Positions 1 to 24,175 of a DNA stretch of 64,000 nucleotides are shown here, one piece after another. Source of the DNA: Mobula hypostoma (Eukaryota); assembly GCF_963921235.1 (NCBI RefSeq), contig NC_086109.1, forward strand, positions 9,612,001 to 9,676,000, given 5' to 3'. The notes beneath the pieces were generated by a model. The model was given only the letters and a program-made list of their open reading frames with translations, was not told where the DNA came from and searched no databases. Position 1 is the stretch's first letter. The number at the start of each line of letters is the position of its first letter. Position numbers and translations under genes: made by a program.

Positions 1-924
1 ATTAACTGAACAAGATTAAACAGAAAGCACAAGGGCTGAACGACTCTATTTAAAACAAGAATTAGTAAATATAGGTGTTACAGAAAGGCAGAAGCCTAAC
101 GCTCTCTGGCAAGCCACAAAGGCCAGCAGATCTCATGACAGCAGACCTGGTATACCCATCAGTATTTGCATGACAAATGGTTACAAAATCATTATTATTT
201 AAAATGAAGTTATTTTTCACATATCTTTTTAAAGATGAATATTAGTACATTTTTGAAGAGTTTTTCTAAAATGCCTCATTTATTTCAATCTCTCTTTGTT
301 AGACTTTTATTAATAATTACTGAATAAATACACATAAATAAAGAGGACACATTCTTTTTCCTTTAAAAATGTTCATGATTATTGTCACTAATGCATTAAT
401 TAATGATCATTCCTCCTCAAACTTACCCTGCTGCACAGCAGAATTTCTTTAGATGATTCTTGCCAATTTGGACACACTCTCTCAAAATGGTTCTCCACCA
501 CTGGTCTAATCTATGCTTGGCTTCACCAATGTCAAGGAGGCCACGTCATCAATACCGAATGATGTTAACCAGGGTGGAAGAGGTTCAAAGAAGCATTTGT
601 CTCACCTGAGCCATCCAGCATTCTGTTTTAGCTCTGGATTACTTTGGTAAGCAGCCAGAATAATCAAGGACTCATCCACCTGAGACAATGTCTCTTCTCT
701 CCTCTCTCAGAGGGCAGAATCTACAAAACCCTGAAAGCAGGTACAACCAGGCTCAAGGACAGCATTTCCCTGCTGTTTTCAGACTATTGAATGATTCCCT
801 AGCAAAATGAGGTAGATTCTTGAGCTCACAATCTACCTCGTTATGATCTTTCCCCTTAATGTCTACCTGCACTGCTCTTTCTCTGTGACTGTCACACTTT
901 ATTCTGCATTCTGTTGTTCTAACT
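1..924 (+). repeat. Segmental duplicate block A (paralog at 26461-27378)
   Basis: Colinear match including unique AT-rich DNA and shared TE junctions, e.g. CACCAATGTCAAGGAGGCCACGTCATCAATACC and GACTCATCCACCTGAGACAATGTCTCTTCTCTCCTCTCTCA in both copies. Confidence 0.9.
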
Positions 925-1109
925 TCATTTTTTATTTTACTGCGATACAGTGAGGAATAGCCTATTTTGGCCCTTCGAGTCATACTGTCCAGCAATCCTT
1001 CAATTTCCGAGCCTACCCAAAAAACAATTTACAATGAACAATTATCTTCTATTATCCCAAACCTCTCCTCCGCAGCCCCCTACTTACACCAATTCCACAG
1101 TCATCATGG

Positions 1110-2840
1110 ACTGACCTTCACTACTGAGCAGATGTGAAGGGCTCTGTGGAAACTCAGACATAACAAAGAATTACTACTGGATGGTGTGAACCCCAAGCTC
1201 CAGAAGGAGTGCGCTGAGCAGCTGTGTGGAGTTCTCCAGTGAATTTTCAATCTGGCTAACATCATATTTGGTCTCAGTGCCCGAGAAGGGCTGACCAAAT
1301 AATCTTGAATAACTGCCATCCTGTGGCCCTGACCTCACACATCATGAAGTCCCTTGAGAGGCTGTTGCTGGCTTACCTTTGACCCCTGGTCAGATCAGAC
1401 CTCGATCTCCTGCAGTTTACCTACCAGGAGCACATTGCAGTTGACGATGGTGTCATTTACCCGCTGAACAGAGCCTACTCCCATTTTGATAAACAAGGCA
1501 GTACTGTGAGGATCATGTTTTTTGATTTCTCAAGTGCCATCAATACCATACAACGCTCCTTGCTGGGGGAGAATCTCTGTTCAAAGCAGGTTAGCACTTC
1601 CATTGGATCCTGGATAATGGCTGACCTGACTGGCAGACCACAGTTTGTGCAGCTTCAGAGCTGTGTGTCAGACGTGGCTAAAAGCTGCACTGGGACTCCA
1701 CAGGGGATGGTATTGGCTCCCTTCATCTGTACTCTGTATACCTCAGACTTTAGGTACAACTCTGAGTCATGTCATCTGCAGAAATCTCCGATGACTCAGC
1801 AATAGTTGGGTTTTTAAAGGGAGGATGGGAGGATGAATACAGGGCCCTGATGGAGGACATTGTCAAACAGTGCAAACGGAATCATTTGCAGCTCAACATC
1901 AGTAAGACAAAGGAGATGGAGATGGACTTTAGGAAGACTAAGCCAGCCCCTCTGTCTGTTACAATTGATGGTGAGAATGTGGGTGTGGTGGGGACCTACA
2001 AGTACCCAGGTTTGCACGTGGATTACAGACTTGAAAGGAGCACCCAGACAGAGGCTGTGTACAAGAAGGACCAGAGTCACCTCTGCTTCCTGAGAAGATC
2101 GCGGTCCTTTGGAGAACGGAGGCCTCTGCTGCACATATTTTACCCGTCTGCTGCCTCCAGTAGAATATTCTGTGCAGTGGTGTGCTGGGGCAATGGCATC
2201 CGACCAGGTGATGCAAACTTGCTGATTTGATTAGAAAGGCTGGCTCTGTCATAGGTGTCAAACTGGACACACTGGAGGCTGTGGTAGAACAAGGAACCCT
2301 TCGGAAAATCCTGGCAATTCTGGATAATGTTTCCCACCTTCTGCATCCCACCTTGGCGGATCGAAGGAACACTTTCAGTAATAGACTAAGACAACTGCAC
2401 TGCTCCAAAGAGTGCGACATGAGGTCATTCTTAACCTTGGTCAATAGCCAACCTATAGCCAGGGAAGTGATGACCCCTCGTGTTCGACTGCTATTTACCT
2501 CTGATTACTAGAGCTCTGCTTTCAATCTGTTTAGCTCTGTTTACCACTCCTTCTATCGTGCAATACTGTGCAATACCACCACCAGTTCTTATCTTGATGG
2601 TGTGAAGATGCACCCATTACTTTATAATATTACAGCAATTCTTGCACTACCATCTTATCAGTGTGAACTTGGAAATCTTGAAAATCTTGTAATCTCTGAT
2701 TTGTAAATCTTGTACATCTTATTTTTAAGGTCACTTTTTTTTTATTCTTTCTTACTTCTCTTCTCATATTTGTAAATCTGTACACTTATAATGCTACTGT
2801 GACACTGTAATTTCCTTTGGTATCATAAAGTGTCTATCCA
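1110..2840 (+). mobile_element. Degenerate Rex1/Babar-type non-LTR retrotransposon (RT region and 3' end)
   Basis: Frameshifted RT motifs RIMFFDFSSAINTIQ, GTPQGMVLAPF, SDDSAIVG, LQLNISKTKEM. Confidence 0.8.
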
Positions 2841-2934
2841 TGTAAAGTTATTAATACCTGCAATGCACATTCTCTGTAACTGTTACACTATAATCTGTAT
2901 TCTGCTATTGCCTTTCCCTTGTACAACCTCCATG

Positions 2935-5400
2935 TAAGACCATAAGATATAGAAGCAGAATTAGGCCACTCAGCCCATTGAGTCTGTCCCACTGTTCCAT
3001 CATGGCTGATCCCGGATCCCACTCAACCCCATACAACTGCCCTTTCGCCATTTTCTTTGACGCCCTGAGAGATCAGAAAACTACCAACATCCGCCTCAGA
3101 TATACCTTTGGAGATGGCCTCCACCACAGTCTGTAGCAGAGCATTCCACCGATTCACAACTCTCTGGCTAAAGAAAATCTTCCTTTAATTCTGTTCTAAA
3201 AGTTTGGCCCTCAACTTTGAGGCTGAGCTCTCTAGTTTGGATATCTCGACCAGTGGAAACATCCTCTCCACATCCACCCTATCTAGACTTTTCAACATTT
3301 GGTCGGTTTCAATCAAATCCCCACACATGCTTCTAAATTCCAGTGAGTACAGGCCCAAAGCTGCCAAATGCCCCTCATATGTTAACCCCTTCACTCTCAG
3401 AATCATCCTCTGGACTCTCTGCAATGACAACACATCCTTTCTGAGATATGAGGCTCAAAACTGTTGACAATACTCCAAGTGCACCTGACTAGTGCCTTTT
3501 AAAGCCTAACATTATCTCCTTGCTGTTATATTCTATTCCCCTTGAAATTTTTATCATCAATCTCCAGGTACCAAAAAACCTGATTCTTAACAATAGACTC
3601 CAACACTTTTCCAAACATTGAAGTTAGGCTAACCGGCCTATAATTTCCTTTCTTTCGCTTTCCTCCCTTCTTAAAGAGTGGTGTGACGTTTACTATCTTC
3701 CGGTCCTCCAGGACCATGCCAGAGTTAAGGGATTCTTGAAAGATCACGCCAAGAGCATCCATTATTTGTTCAGCAATGTCTCTTAGGACTCTGGGATGTA
3801 GTTGATTTGGTCCAGTGACTTAAGCACCTTAAGACCTTTGTGTCACTCACTCCTGCTGCCTGACACTCACAGACCTCGAGCACTCTAGGATTTTAAAAGC
3901 TTCCCAATCATCCAATTTCCCACTCACTTTTGCTACCTTATATGCCCTTTCCTTGGCATTCATGCAGACCTTAACTTCCCTTGTCATCCACGGTTGGCTA
4001 GCCCTGCTATTTGAGAACTACTTCTTCTATGGGACATATCTATCCTGTGCCTTGTGAATTATTCTCAGAAACTTCAGCTGCCTCTGCTCTATCATCATCC
4101 CCGCCAGTATCTTCTGTCACGTGACCGGCAACAATGAATCTTCCTTTGATCCACCGGGGTAAGCTCCTCTCTCTTGCCTCTGTAATTTTCTTTATTCCAT
4201 CACTATACTGTTAGGTAGATAGATAGATAGATAGACATACTTTATTGATCCCGAGGGAAATTGATTTTCGTTACAGTTGCACCAACCAAGAATAGAGTAT
4301 AAATGTAGCAATATAAAAACGATAAATAATTAAATAATAATATGTAAATTATGCCAGATGGAAATAAGTCCAGGACCAGCCTATTGGCTCAGGGTGTCTG
4401 ACTCTCCAAGGGAGGAGTTGTAAAGTTTGATGTCCGCAGGCAGGAATGACTTCCTATGATGCTCTGTGTTGCATCTTGGTGGAATGAGTCTCTGGCTGAA
4501 TATACTCCTGTGCCCACCCAGTACATTACGTAGTGGATGGGAGACATTGTCCAAGATGACATGCAACTTAGACAGCATCTTCTTTTCAGACACCACCGTG
4601 AGAGAGTCCAGTTCCATCCCCACAACATCACTGGCCTTACAAATGAGTTTTGATTCTGTAACAGGCTCCATGCACGACCGGCATTACCAGTGATTTATGC
4701 TTCTCCCTTTCAGTTTGCAGTATGAATTCAATCATATTATGATCACTGTCTCCTAACGGTTCCTTTAACATTAAGCTCCCTAATGAGATCTGGGTCATGA
4801 CACAACACCCAAAAGCCTTTCCCCAAGTAGGCTCAAGCACAAGATGCTCTGAAAAAACATCTCATCGGCATTCAACAAATTCCCTCTCTTTTTCCTGGGG
4901 AAAAACCTGATTTTCCCAATCCACTTGCATATTGAGGTCCCCCAATACCACTGCATCATTATCCTTTTCACGTGCCTTTTCCAACACTCTTTACAAACTC
5001 AACCCCATATATTGGCTATTATTAGGAGGCCTATAAGATTCTCAGAATATTTTTTTCACCTTTGCTGTTTCTTAACTCCACCGACAAAGATTGAATGTTC
5101 TCAGACCCTACGTCATCTCCATCTACAGATGTAATTTCATCTCTAACTAATATAGCCAGACCACCGCCTGTACCTTCTTGCCTGTCCTTACTTTACTGAG
5201 TATATCCATTGATGTTAAACTGACAACTATGGTCTTCCAACAACGACTCAGTGATGCCCACAATGTCACACCAACCAACCTCTAATTGTTCCACGAGTTC
5301 ACCCACCTTATTCCGGATGCTACGCGGATTTAAATATCGCAGCTTCAGTCCGGCACCCTTCGCCCTGATGAATTTTGACTCTGTGGTCCAGTTGAGTTCT
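2935..5400 (-). mobile_element. Fragmented CR1 LINE with internal deletions and a nested Rex/Babar 3' end
   Basis: ORF2 remnants NVTPLFKKGG..GNYRPVSLTS, LGLYSLEFR, SDHNMIEF, YLNPRSIRNK. Confidence 0.8.
4212..4650 (-). mobile_element. Rex1/Babar 3' fragment with (GATA)n tail
   Basis: ILDNVSHPL...RKSFLPADIKLYNSS; 3' end GGGATCAATAAAGTATGTCTATCTATC on the minus strand. Confidence 0.75.
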
Positions 5401-6974
5401 TTGCTCTGTCTGCATTTGTACCCCATCATTGGCTTGTCCTTCATTACATTCATGTTACACCCATCATCTACTTGTAAACCTGCTGGCTCACCCTCAGCTC
5501 CATCATCCTGATTCCCATCATATGTACTGATGTGATGAATTGATCTGTACGGGTGACATGAAAAACAAGGTGTATCATTGCACCGCAAGTGGTTCTTGTT
5601 CATCGTGGCCAACAGTGATAGATACCTGTGTGGGAGAGTTTTTAAAGTGGAAAATCTATCGCACTGGGTCAGTTCCACTTTCTAGACATCAGCAGTCCAG
5701 GCCCAGTGGTAGAAACAAGCGTCACAAGCTGGGGAATTCCTTGTTTGCAGTGGACAACCAGGACAACTTCCATGCCTTTTCATGCGGTTCGCTCTCCTCG
5801 GAGCGATGCAGAGCCACCTTCCTAGTTGTTGGATCTCACTGCAGATCTCAGTCTACCAGAGCAGACTTTGCATGCTAGGACAGGCCTGGTACCCCCACCT
5901 GGTGAAGCGCTGTATTGGGTATGGCTGCTGTCACATACAAACAAATGGAAATAAATAATACAAATGTGGTGAGGTGGTGTTCATAAGTTCAATGTCAATT
6001 TAGAAACTGGATGGCAGGCTGTTTCTGAATTGCTGAGTGTGTGCCTTCAGGCTTCTGTCCCTCCTCCTGACGGTCACAATGAGAAGGGGGCATGGCCTGT
6101 GTGGTGGGGGTCCTCAATGATGGACACAGCCTTTGAGGCTCGGCTCCTGCAAGACGTCTCAGATACTACGGTGGCGAGTAGTCATGATTGTGCTGACTAT
6201 CTACAATTGACTTCAGAATTGAAATGGAACCGAGGGCATTCTTGCAGGCAAATATTTTGTTTTGATGAAGGGTCTTGGCCCTAAACATCGATTGTACTCT
6301 TTTCCATAAATGCTGCCTGGCCTGTGAGATCGTCGAGTAATTTGCATACGTTGCTTGGATTTCCAGAATTTGAAGATTTTCAGTTGAATTTGTTTTCACT
6401 GTTGTCTTAGATCAGCAGTGAGAGCAAAGCGAAACACAAGAGGTTAATTTTATCAATAGAAGTCATGTTTAATTGCTCACCTTATCAATTAATAGTCAAT
6501 AATAGGCACTTATTACTGATTCTCTTTTCTTGACAGAGCATTTTTAATATGTTTCCAAATCTGATTATTATCCATTTGATTGAACAATTCCCCAGATATG
6601 AATACCCTTGAAACTATTATAAAAATAGCTTGAAATTATTTGTCTTGTTCCATGTTTCATCCTGTACTTCTGAAGGTCTTGGTTAATTCCACTGAGTTTT
6701 TGAAGAGACGGATCAGTTTTATATGTCACAAAGACAGTACATGGAAACATTGAAACATACTGTGAAATGCATTGTTTGTGTCAATGACCAACACAGTCCG
6801 AATACTTTACTTCCCCATTCTGAGTTTTGGTCTGAAGAACAGCTGAACCTCTTGACCATGTCTGCATGCTTTTATGCATTGAGTGGCAGCTACATGATTG
6901 GCATTAATGAGCAGGTGCATGGGTGTAGCTGATAAAAAGGCCTCTGAGAGTATGAGAGGGATAGATAGCTGGCG

Positions 6975-7798
6975 AGTGTGTCGTCACTCACAGCTCCAAA
7001 CTGCTAATTAAATTTGCTGACGATACTGCACTGATTGGCCTAATCTCAAATAATAATCAGGCTTCCTACAGAGAAGAAATCATCACCCTGATACAATCAT
7101 GTCAAGAAGACAACCTCTCGCTCAATGTCACAAAAAGGAAGGAGCTGGTTATGGACTACAGGAGGTATGGAGACAGTCTAGTCGCTATTGACATCAATGG
7201 ATCTGGAGTTGAGAGGGCGAACAGATTTAAGGTCCTCGACATACACATCTCCAAGGATCTCACATGGTCTGTACATACCGGCTGTGTGGTGAAAAAGGCA
7301 CAACAGTGCCTCTTTCAGTTGAAGAAATTTGGTATGGGCCTCCAAATCCAAAGAACTTTCTCCAGGGGCACAATTGAGAGCATCTTGATTGGCTGCATCC
7401 CTGCCTGGTATGGGAACTGTACTTCCTTCAATCGCAGGACTCTGCAGAGAGTGGTGTGGACAGCCCAGCGCATCTGTAGATGGGAACTTCCCACTATTCA
7501 GGACAGGTATGTATGAAGGGCCCAAAGAGTCATTGGGGACCTGAGTCGCTCTAACCACAAACTGTTCCAGCTGCTACCATCCGGGAAGCGGTACCGCAGC
7601 GTAAAAGCCAGGACCAACAGGCTCTGGGACGGCTTCTTCCATGCTGATACAACTGTATTTCCATGATATATTTGTTGTCCATACTATTTATTATAAATTT
7701 ATATAAATTGCTTATTGCACATTTAGACAGAGACCTACTGTAAAGATTTTTACTCCTCATGTATATGAAGGATGTGCGTAATAAAGTCAATTCAATTC
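6975..7798 (+). mobile_element. Degenerate non-LTR retrotransposon 3' portion (Rex/Babar-like)
   Basis: KFADDTALIGLI motif at about 7010; TIESILIGCI..WYG; ends AATAAAGTCAATTCAATTC. Confidence 0.7.
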
Positions 7799-8177
7799 CC
7801 AGTCTTGAATTATCTAATTCCAGAGGTCATGCAGTTCAGTTGAGAGAGCGTAAGTTTATAGCAGATGCGTGGGGCAAGTTTTTTACATGGAGAGTGTTAG
7901 ATGCTTGGAATGAGCCCCAAGGGAACATTGAAGGCTGAAGAGAATGTTCCTGTGCTTTGCCATTCATGGGTTTATAGACTGTTCAGACATCTGATGGTGA
8001 AGAGGAAGAAGGTGTTCTTAAATTGTTAAGAGTGAGTTTTTAAGAGGTTAGGATAGGTATATGGATGTGTGGGTTCCGGAGGGCATTGATGTGGGTGCAG
8101 GAGCTGGAATCAGACAGAAGACTAGACTGGCATGGGCTGGATTGGATGAAGGGCCTGTTTCTGTGCTGTGGTGTCTG

Positions 8178-8468
8178 TGACAATCGGACTCAAGACAAGT
8201 GTGTATGACAGTCGGACTCATGTCTGTTCGTACTGCAGTGCCCATGACAGTCGGACTCATAACTCCTCGTACTGAGGTGTTGTTGACAATCAGACTCAAG
8301 ACTGTTCGTACTGTAGTGTCAAGGACAATCAGACTCATGACTCCTCGTAGAGTACTATCGATGACATCGGACTCATGGCTCTTCACACTATAGTGTCGAT
8401 GACAATCAGACTCATGACTGTAGTGTGGTGTCAATGACAATCGGACTTATGACTCTTCCTACCGTAGT

Positions 8469-8499
<31 letters not shown>

Positions 8500-8807
8500 T
8501 ACTTTATTGACCCTGAGGGAAATTGGATTTCGTTACAGCCGCACCAACCAAGAATAGAGCATAAATATAGCAATACAAAAACCACAAACAATCAAACAAC
8601 AAAATGCAAACTATGCCAGATGGAAATTAAGTCCAGGACCAGTCTATTGGCTCAGGGTGTCTGACCCTCCACAGGAGGAGCTGCAAGTTCGATGGCCACA
8701 GGCAGGAACACAGGCCCAGTGTTGTATCTCGGTGGAATGTGGCCGAAGTCCAACAGTAAAAAGTTCAGTATCCACAGTATCGATGACAGTTAGACTCATG
8801 ACTGTGG
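8178..8807. repeat. 39-bp minisatellite (about 8 degenerate units) split by a Rex/Babar 3' fragment (8470-8771, minus strand, (GATA)n tail)
   Basis: GACA(A/G)TC(G/A)GACTCA starts at 8207, 8246, 8285, 8324, 8363, 8401; the unit resumes at about 8775. Confidence 0.8.
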
Positions 8808-11476
8808 ATAGATTATGAAACCATATATTTCACTTCTTTTATGTTTGTTTTTTGTCTTGAATGTGATTCTGAGACTGTTTGAGCCTGTGATTTCCATTTT
8901 GGAAATCGTCAGGGTGGTTTCATGCTCTGTAGTCTCTGAGAGGATTGTGGCGGGAAGACTGCAGCATGGGCCTCAAGCCGATGTTCGGCTCCATTTTGTG
9001 GATTAAAGCTTCCATTGTTCACCAATTAAAACAAGGAGAGAGGGTGAAATATCGAGTGAAAACGGAAGGTGAACACCCACTGCCAGGCTTTTGATCGCTG
9101 GTGGGATTGTCCGCTGTCAGAGAAGGGATGCTGCCTTTTGAACATAGGTGGGATCACTCTGCTGTCAGAGAGGGAAAGAATAGCCGCTGGTTTACCCAGG
9201 TTTTCTGCGTTTTGGATTTGGACTTGGACTATAGATTGTTGGTCAGTCTTACAGTATTTTATATTCTGTGTTTTTTGCCTGATGTTTCTCATTCTTTGTG
9301 TGTGGAGAGGGAGATTTGGAGGTTGATGTGACTGGTCCATTTTTGTCCATTTCTGCGTGGGGGGAGTAGGTATTTAGGGGTTGATGATCCTGCTACCGTT
9401 CTTTTTGTTTCGTTGTTGGTTCGTGAGACTGGACAGGTTGTGTCTGTTTTCCCTGGAGTGAAGGAGGCTGAGAGGTGACCTTCTCAAGGTTTATAAAATC
9501 ACGAGCTGAGTACATAAAGTGAAGGTCACAGTCTTTTTCATGGTCTAAAAATAAAAGGTAAAGGTTTAAGGTGAGATGGGAAAGATTTAAAGGGCACCTG
9601 AGGGGCAATATTTTCCCCCATGGAGTGTGGTGGGTACATGGAATGAGCTGCCAGAAGTAGTGGTGGAGGGAGGGACAATTAGACAAGTACAGCAATAGGA
9701 TGGGTTTGGAGTCAGAGTTACAGAACACCACAACAGGTTTCAATAAGTGCATTTAATGTCAGAGAAATGTATTCGATACATTGATCCTGAAATTTATTTT
9801 CTTCGTAGACATCCACAAAAGCAGAGGAGTGCCCCAAGGAATGATTGACAGTTAAAACTTAGAGCCCTAAAGCTCCCCCCGCAACTCCCCCTCCCCTGCA
9901 CAAGCAGCAACAAGGCAACATCCAGCCCCCCACCCCCACCAGCAAAAATGCATCAACACCGCCCACCGAGCACTCATGCATGCAGCAAAGCATCAATAAA
10001 GACACAGACTTGCAGCACCCCAAAGACTACTCGTTCACCCGATAATTTGACATACCACAGGCTCTCACTCTTCTTAAAAAGGGAAAAAGGGGTGTCCCAT
10101 TTCACAGTGAGACAGGAGACGTAACAAACGACTCACTGATTTACGATGTTAAAAGTCTGTTGCTTCGCTTTTTCTGAGCTCTGCGCCCGGAGATTTGGCA
10201 GCAAAAAGCTGCAGCTCCCTGAGCACACAACCCCTGGTAGCCATCCCGCTGCTCCCGATGTTCCGCGTTCTCCCGCGATGCTTCAATTTATGGCACCGGC
10301 CTGGAATCAGCATGTCTCCAGAGCCATGAAATGCCCGGAACCCTGTAAGCACGCTCGTCTTCCAGGCCGTGTCCTTGGGGATATTAATAAGCGGCTGTTC
10401 GTGAGGCCCTTAGAATGGGTTCCATTCCCGCAAGGTCAGACACAGGTACTTCTGCCCATCTAGGCCAGGCTGAACTGCTCGTGTCATCGACTCTCACCTG
10501 GACCATGATCCTCCTCATCCATGTACTTATCCAAACTTCTCTTAAATGTTGCAATCAAACTCGAGTTCACCACTTCGATTGACAGCCCATTCCACAGTCT
10601 CACCACCCTCGGAGTCATGGTGGTCTCTTCTCAAATTTTTCTTAAATATTTCATCTTTCACCCTTAACCTATCACGTGTACCTCTTGTCTTAACCAACCT
10701 CAACAGAAGAAGCCTGTTTCCATTTACAATATCCACACCCATCAACATTTTGTACACATCTATCAAATTTCCTCACATTCTCCTTTGCTGCAGGGAATGA
10801 AATCCATGTCTATGCAACCTTTCCCTCCACCTCAGGTCCTCAAGTCCCAGCAATATCCTTGTAAATTTTCTCTGTCCTCTTTCAATCTTCCTGATATCAT
10901 TCCAGTAGATAGGTGACGAGATGTGCACACAATACTCCAAATTTGGCCTCACGCACGTCTTAGAGAACTTCGAGATAACAGCCCAGTTCTCTGATTTATG
11001 AAGGCAACGTGCTGAAAGCACATGTTGGGCAGCACAGTAATGCAGTGGTTCGCACAGCGCTTTACAGAACCTGCAGTAAATTAGGGATCGATTTCCCCAG
11101 CTGTCTGTAAGGAGATTGTACATTCTCCCCGTGACCATGTGGGTTTCACTGCACATGAAAAAGTCTGCAGATGCTGGAAATCGAAAGCAACACACATAAA
11201 ATGCTGGAGGAACTCAGCAGGTCAGGCAGCATCTGTGGAAGTGAATAAACAGTGGATGTTTAAATATACTCCGGTCTTTGAACTTCAGTTGGACTACAAA
11301 AAATTATGAGAGACATAAACCGAGTAGCCAGTCAATGACACCATCGTCCATTCTGTGTCAGGTCTCATTGATGTAGAGGAGGCCTCAATGGGAAAACCAG
11401 ATACAATAAATGACACTGGTGGGTTCACAAGTAAAGGGCTACCTCACCTGGAAGGACTGTTTACGTCTCAGTCATT

Positions 11477-11701
11477 TGATAAAACAGTTTTGAACCTAAT
11501 TTCAGATTGTGTTATCTATGATAAGAATTATCTTTAATTTCACAGCACTTAACATACTTTGTTATCAACTTCTACATTGAAGGGTGTCTTTAATAGAATG
11601 TATTTTATCAGAGATAAACTGATCACGAGTACCAGAATATTTACTTTTCATATGGAATGATTGTCTCTGTGTCCACGTGACAATGATTCCTTGAGTATAA
11701 G
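11477..11701 (+). promoter_or_regulatory. Gene 1 proximal promoter: GATA cluster, E-box, TATA
   Basis: WGATAA/TTATCW at 11477, 11512, 11519, 11528, 11562, 11605, 11612; CACGTG 11674-11679; TATAAG 11696-11701, about 60 nt before the ATG. Confidence 0.7.
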
Positions 11702-11756
11702 TATTAGGGCTCACAAGCCCAATGTCAGATTCTGAAAGGAATCCAATCGATTCAAC

Positions 11757-22862
<11,106 letters not shown>

Positions 22863-23335
22863 CTTGCCCCTGAATATTCCCATTGAAGGTCCATCCAAGT
22901 TCGTATTTGCAGGTTGACTTAAGCCATCTGATTTTTCATCTGACCCGTCAGTATCAAAGATCAGGGAGTGACTTTCAGAATCCTGAAGGTGAAGACACCC
23001 TATTGAATGCTGGGGTTTTACTGAAAGGAAAATGCAAGAAGAGGGAGAACTGAAATAAACGCCCAGCCAGGATGGGATTTTAAAGGACCAATCTACGAAT
23101 TTTGGATCTGGACTGGATATGCAAATATTGACATCATGTAATTATGCCTCTTCTCAGATTCCTCTCTTTTCCTCTCTTCTTTCCTGATTTTCCTCTTCAG
23201 CTGTGGTTTCCAGTGATTCACTCCAGAACCTTTCTCATGGAGTGAAATCTATTTGATGTAAATGTGAGCTGAACATCACACAGCCTATTGTTCTACCCTG
23301 TGGGATATATCTATAAATAGTTCGTAACAATGTTG

Positions 23336-23341
23336 AATAAA
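23336..23341 (+). terminator. Candidate polyadenylation signal for gene 1 (alternative AATAAA at 23054-23059)
   Basis: AATAAA about 470 nt after the stop, followed by a T/GT-rich tract at about 23380-23403. Confidence 0.55.
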
Positions 23342-23812
23342 ATTTAATCATGAGATGCATATTACCAGAGTTCCAGTTCCTTTTTCTTTTGTGTGTGTGT
23401 GTGAAGTATTAAACCACATACCTGGCTGTGCTCGGCCCTCCTCCTCACCTGCAGTACAGCTCCTACTTGATCTGTGGCGCTATTCACACCCATTGGTGAG
23501 GCTGCAAAGTACTGCATCCAAGATCCACCGAATGTTCTGTTTTTATACCGTCCCCACTGATATGAAACACTGCAGTAAGTGGACCAATGTGCACAGTGCC
23601 TGTTCAAACCACTGAATCAGAACTAATCATCTCCTGTCACCACTCTTCACGAGACCCACCCCTGTGTTCACCAAACTTTCATGTTCCCACTGTAGTTTTG
23701 CTTTTTCATGGTTGTGTTCCTGTCTTGGAAATCGAAGCTCTGTTTCATTCAATGCTGCAGTGGTGGGGAGATATTCGACACACACAAAGATGAACTTTTT
23801 GCAATATAGTTA

Positions 23813-24175
23813 AATGATACTGTCCAAGTTGCATGCCATCTTGGTCAATGTCTCCCATCCACTACATAATGTACTGGTTGGGCACAGGAGTACATTCAGC
23901 CTGAGACTCATTCCACTGAGATGCAACACTGAGCATCATAGGAAGTCATTCCTGCCTGTGGCCATCAAACTTTACAACTCCTCCCTTGGAGGGTCAGACA
24001 CCCTCAGCCAATAGGCTGGTCCTGGACTTATTTCCTGGCATAATTTACATATTACTATTTAACTATTTATGGTTTTATTACTATTTAGTTATTTATGATG
24101 CAACTGTAACAAAAACCAATTTCCCTCGGGATCAATAAAGTATGACTATGACTATGACTATGACAATGACTATGA
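23813..24175 (+). mobile_element. Rex1/Babar 3' fragment with (ATGACT)n tail
   Basis: LSKLHAILVNVSHPLHNVL...RKSFLPVAIKLYNSSLGG; same family as 4212-4650. Confidence 0.8.

Noticed and set aside
8048..8470. Regularly spaced repeats resembling a CRISPR array, plus a 130-aa ORF
   Set aside because: Units are degenerate tandem copies with no unique spacers; no cas genes; vertebrate context
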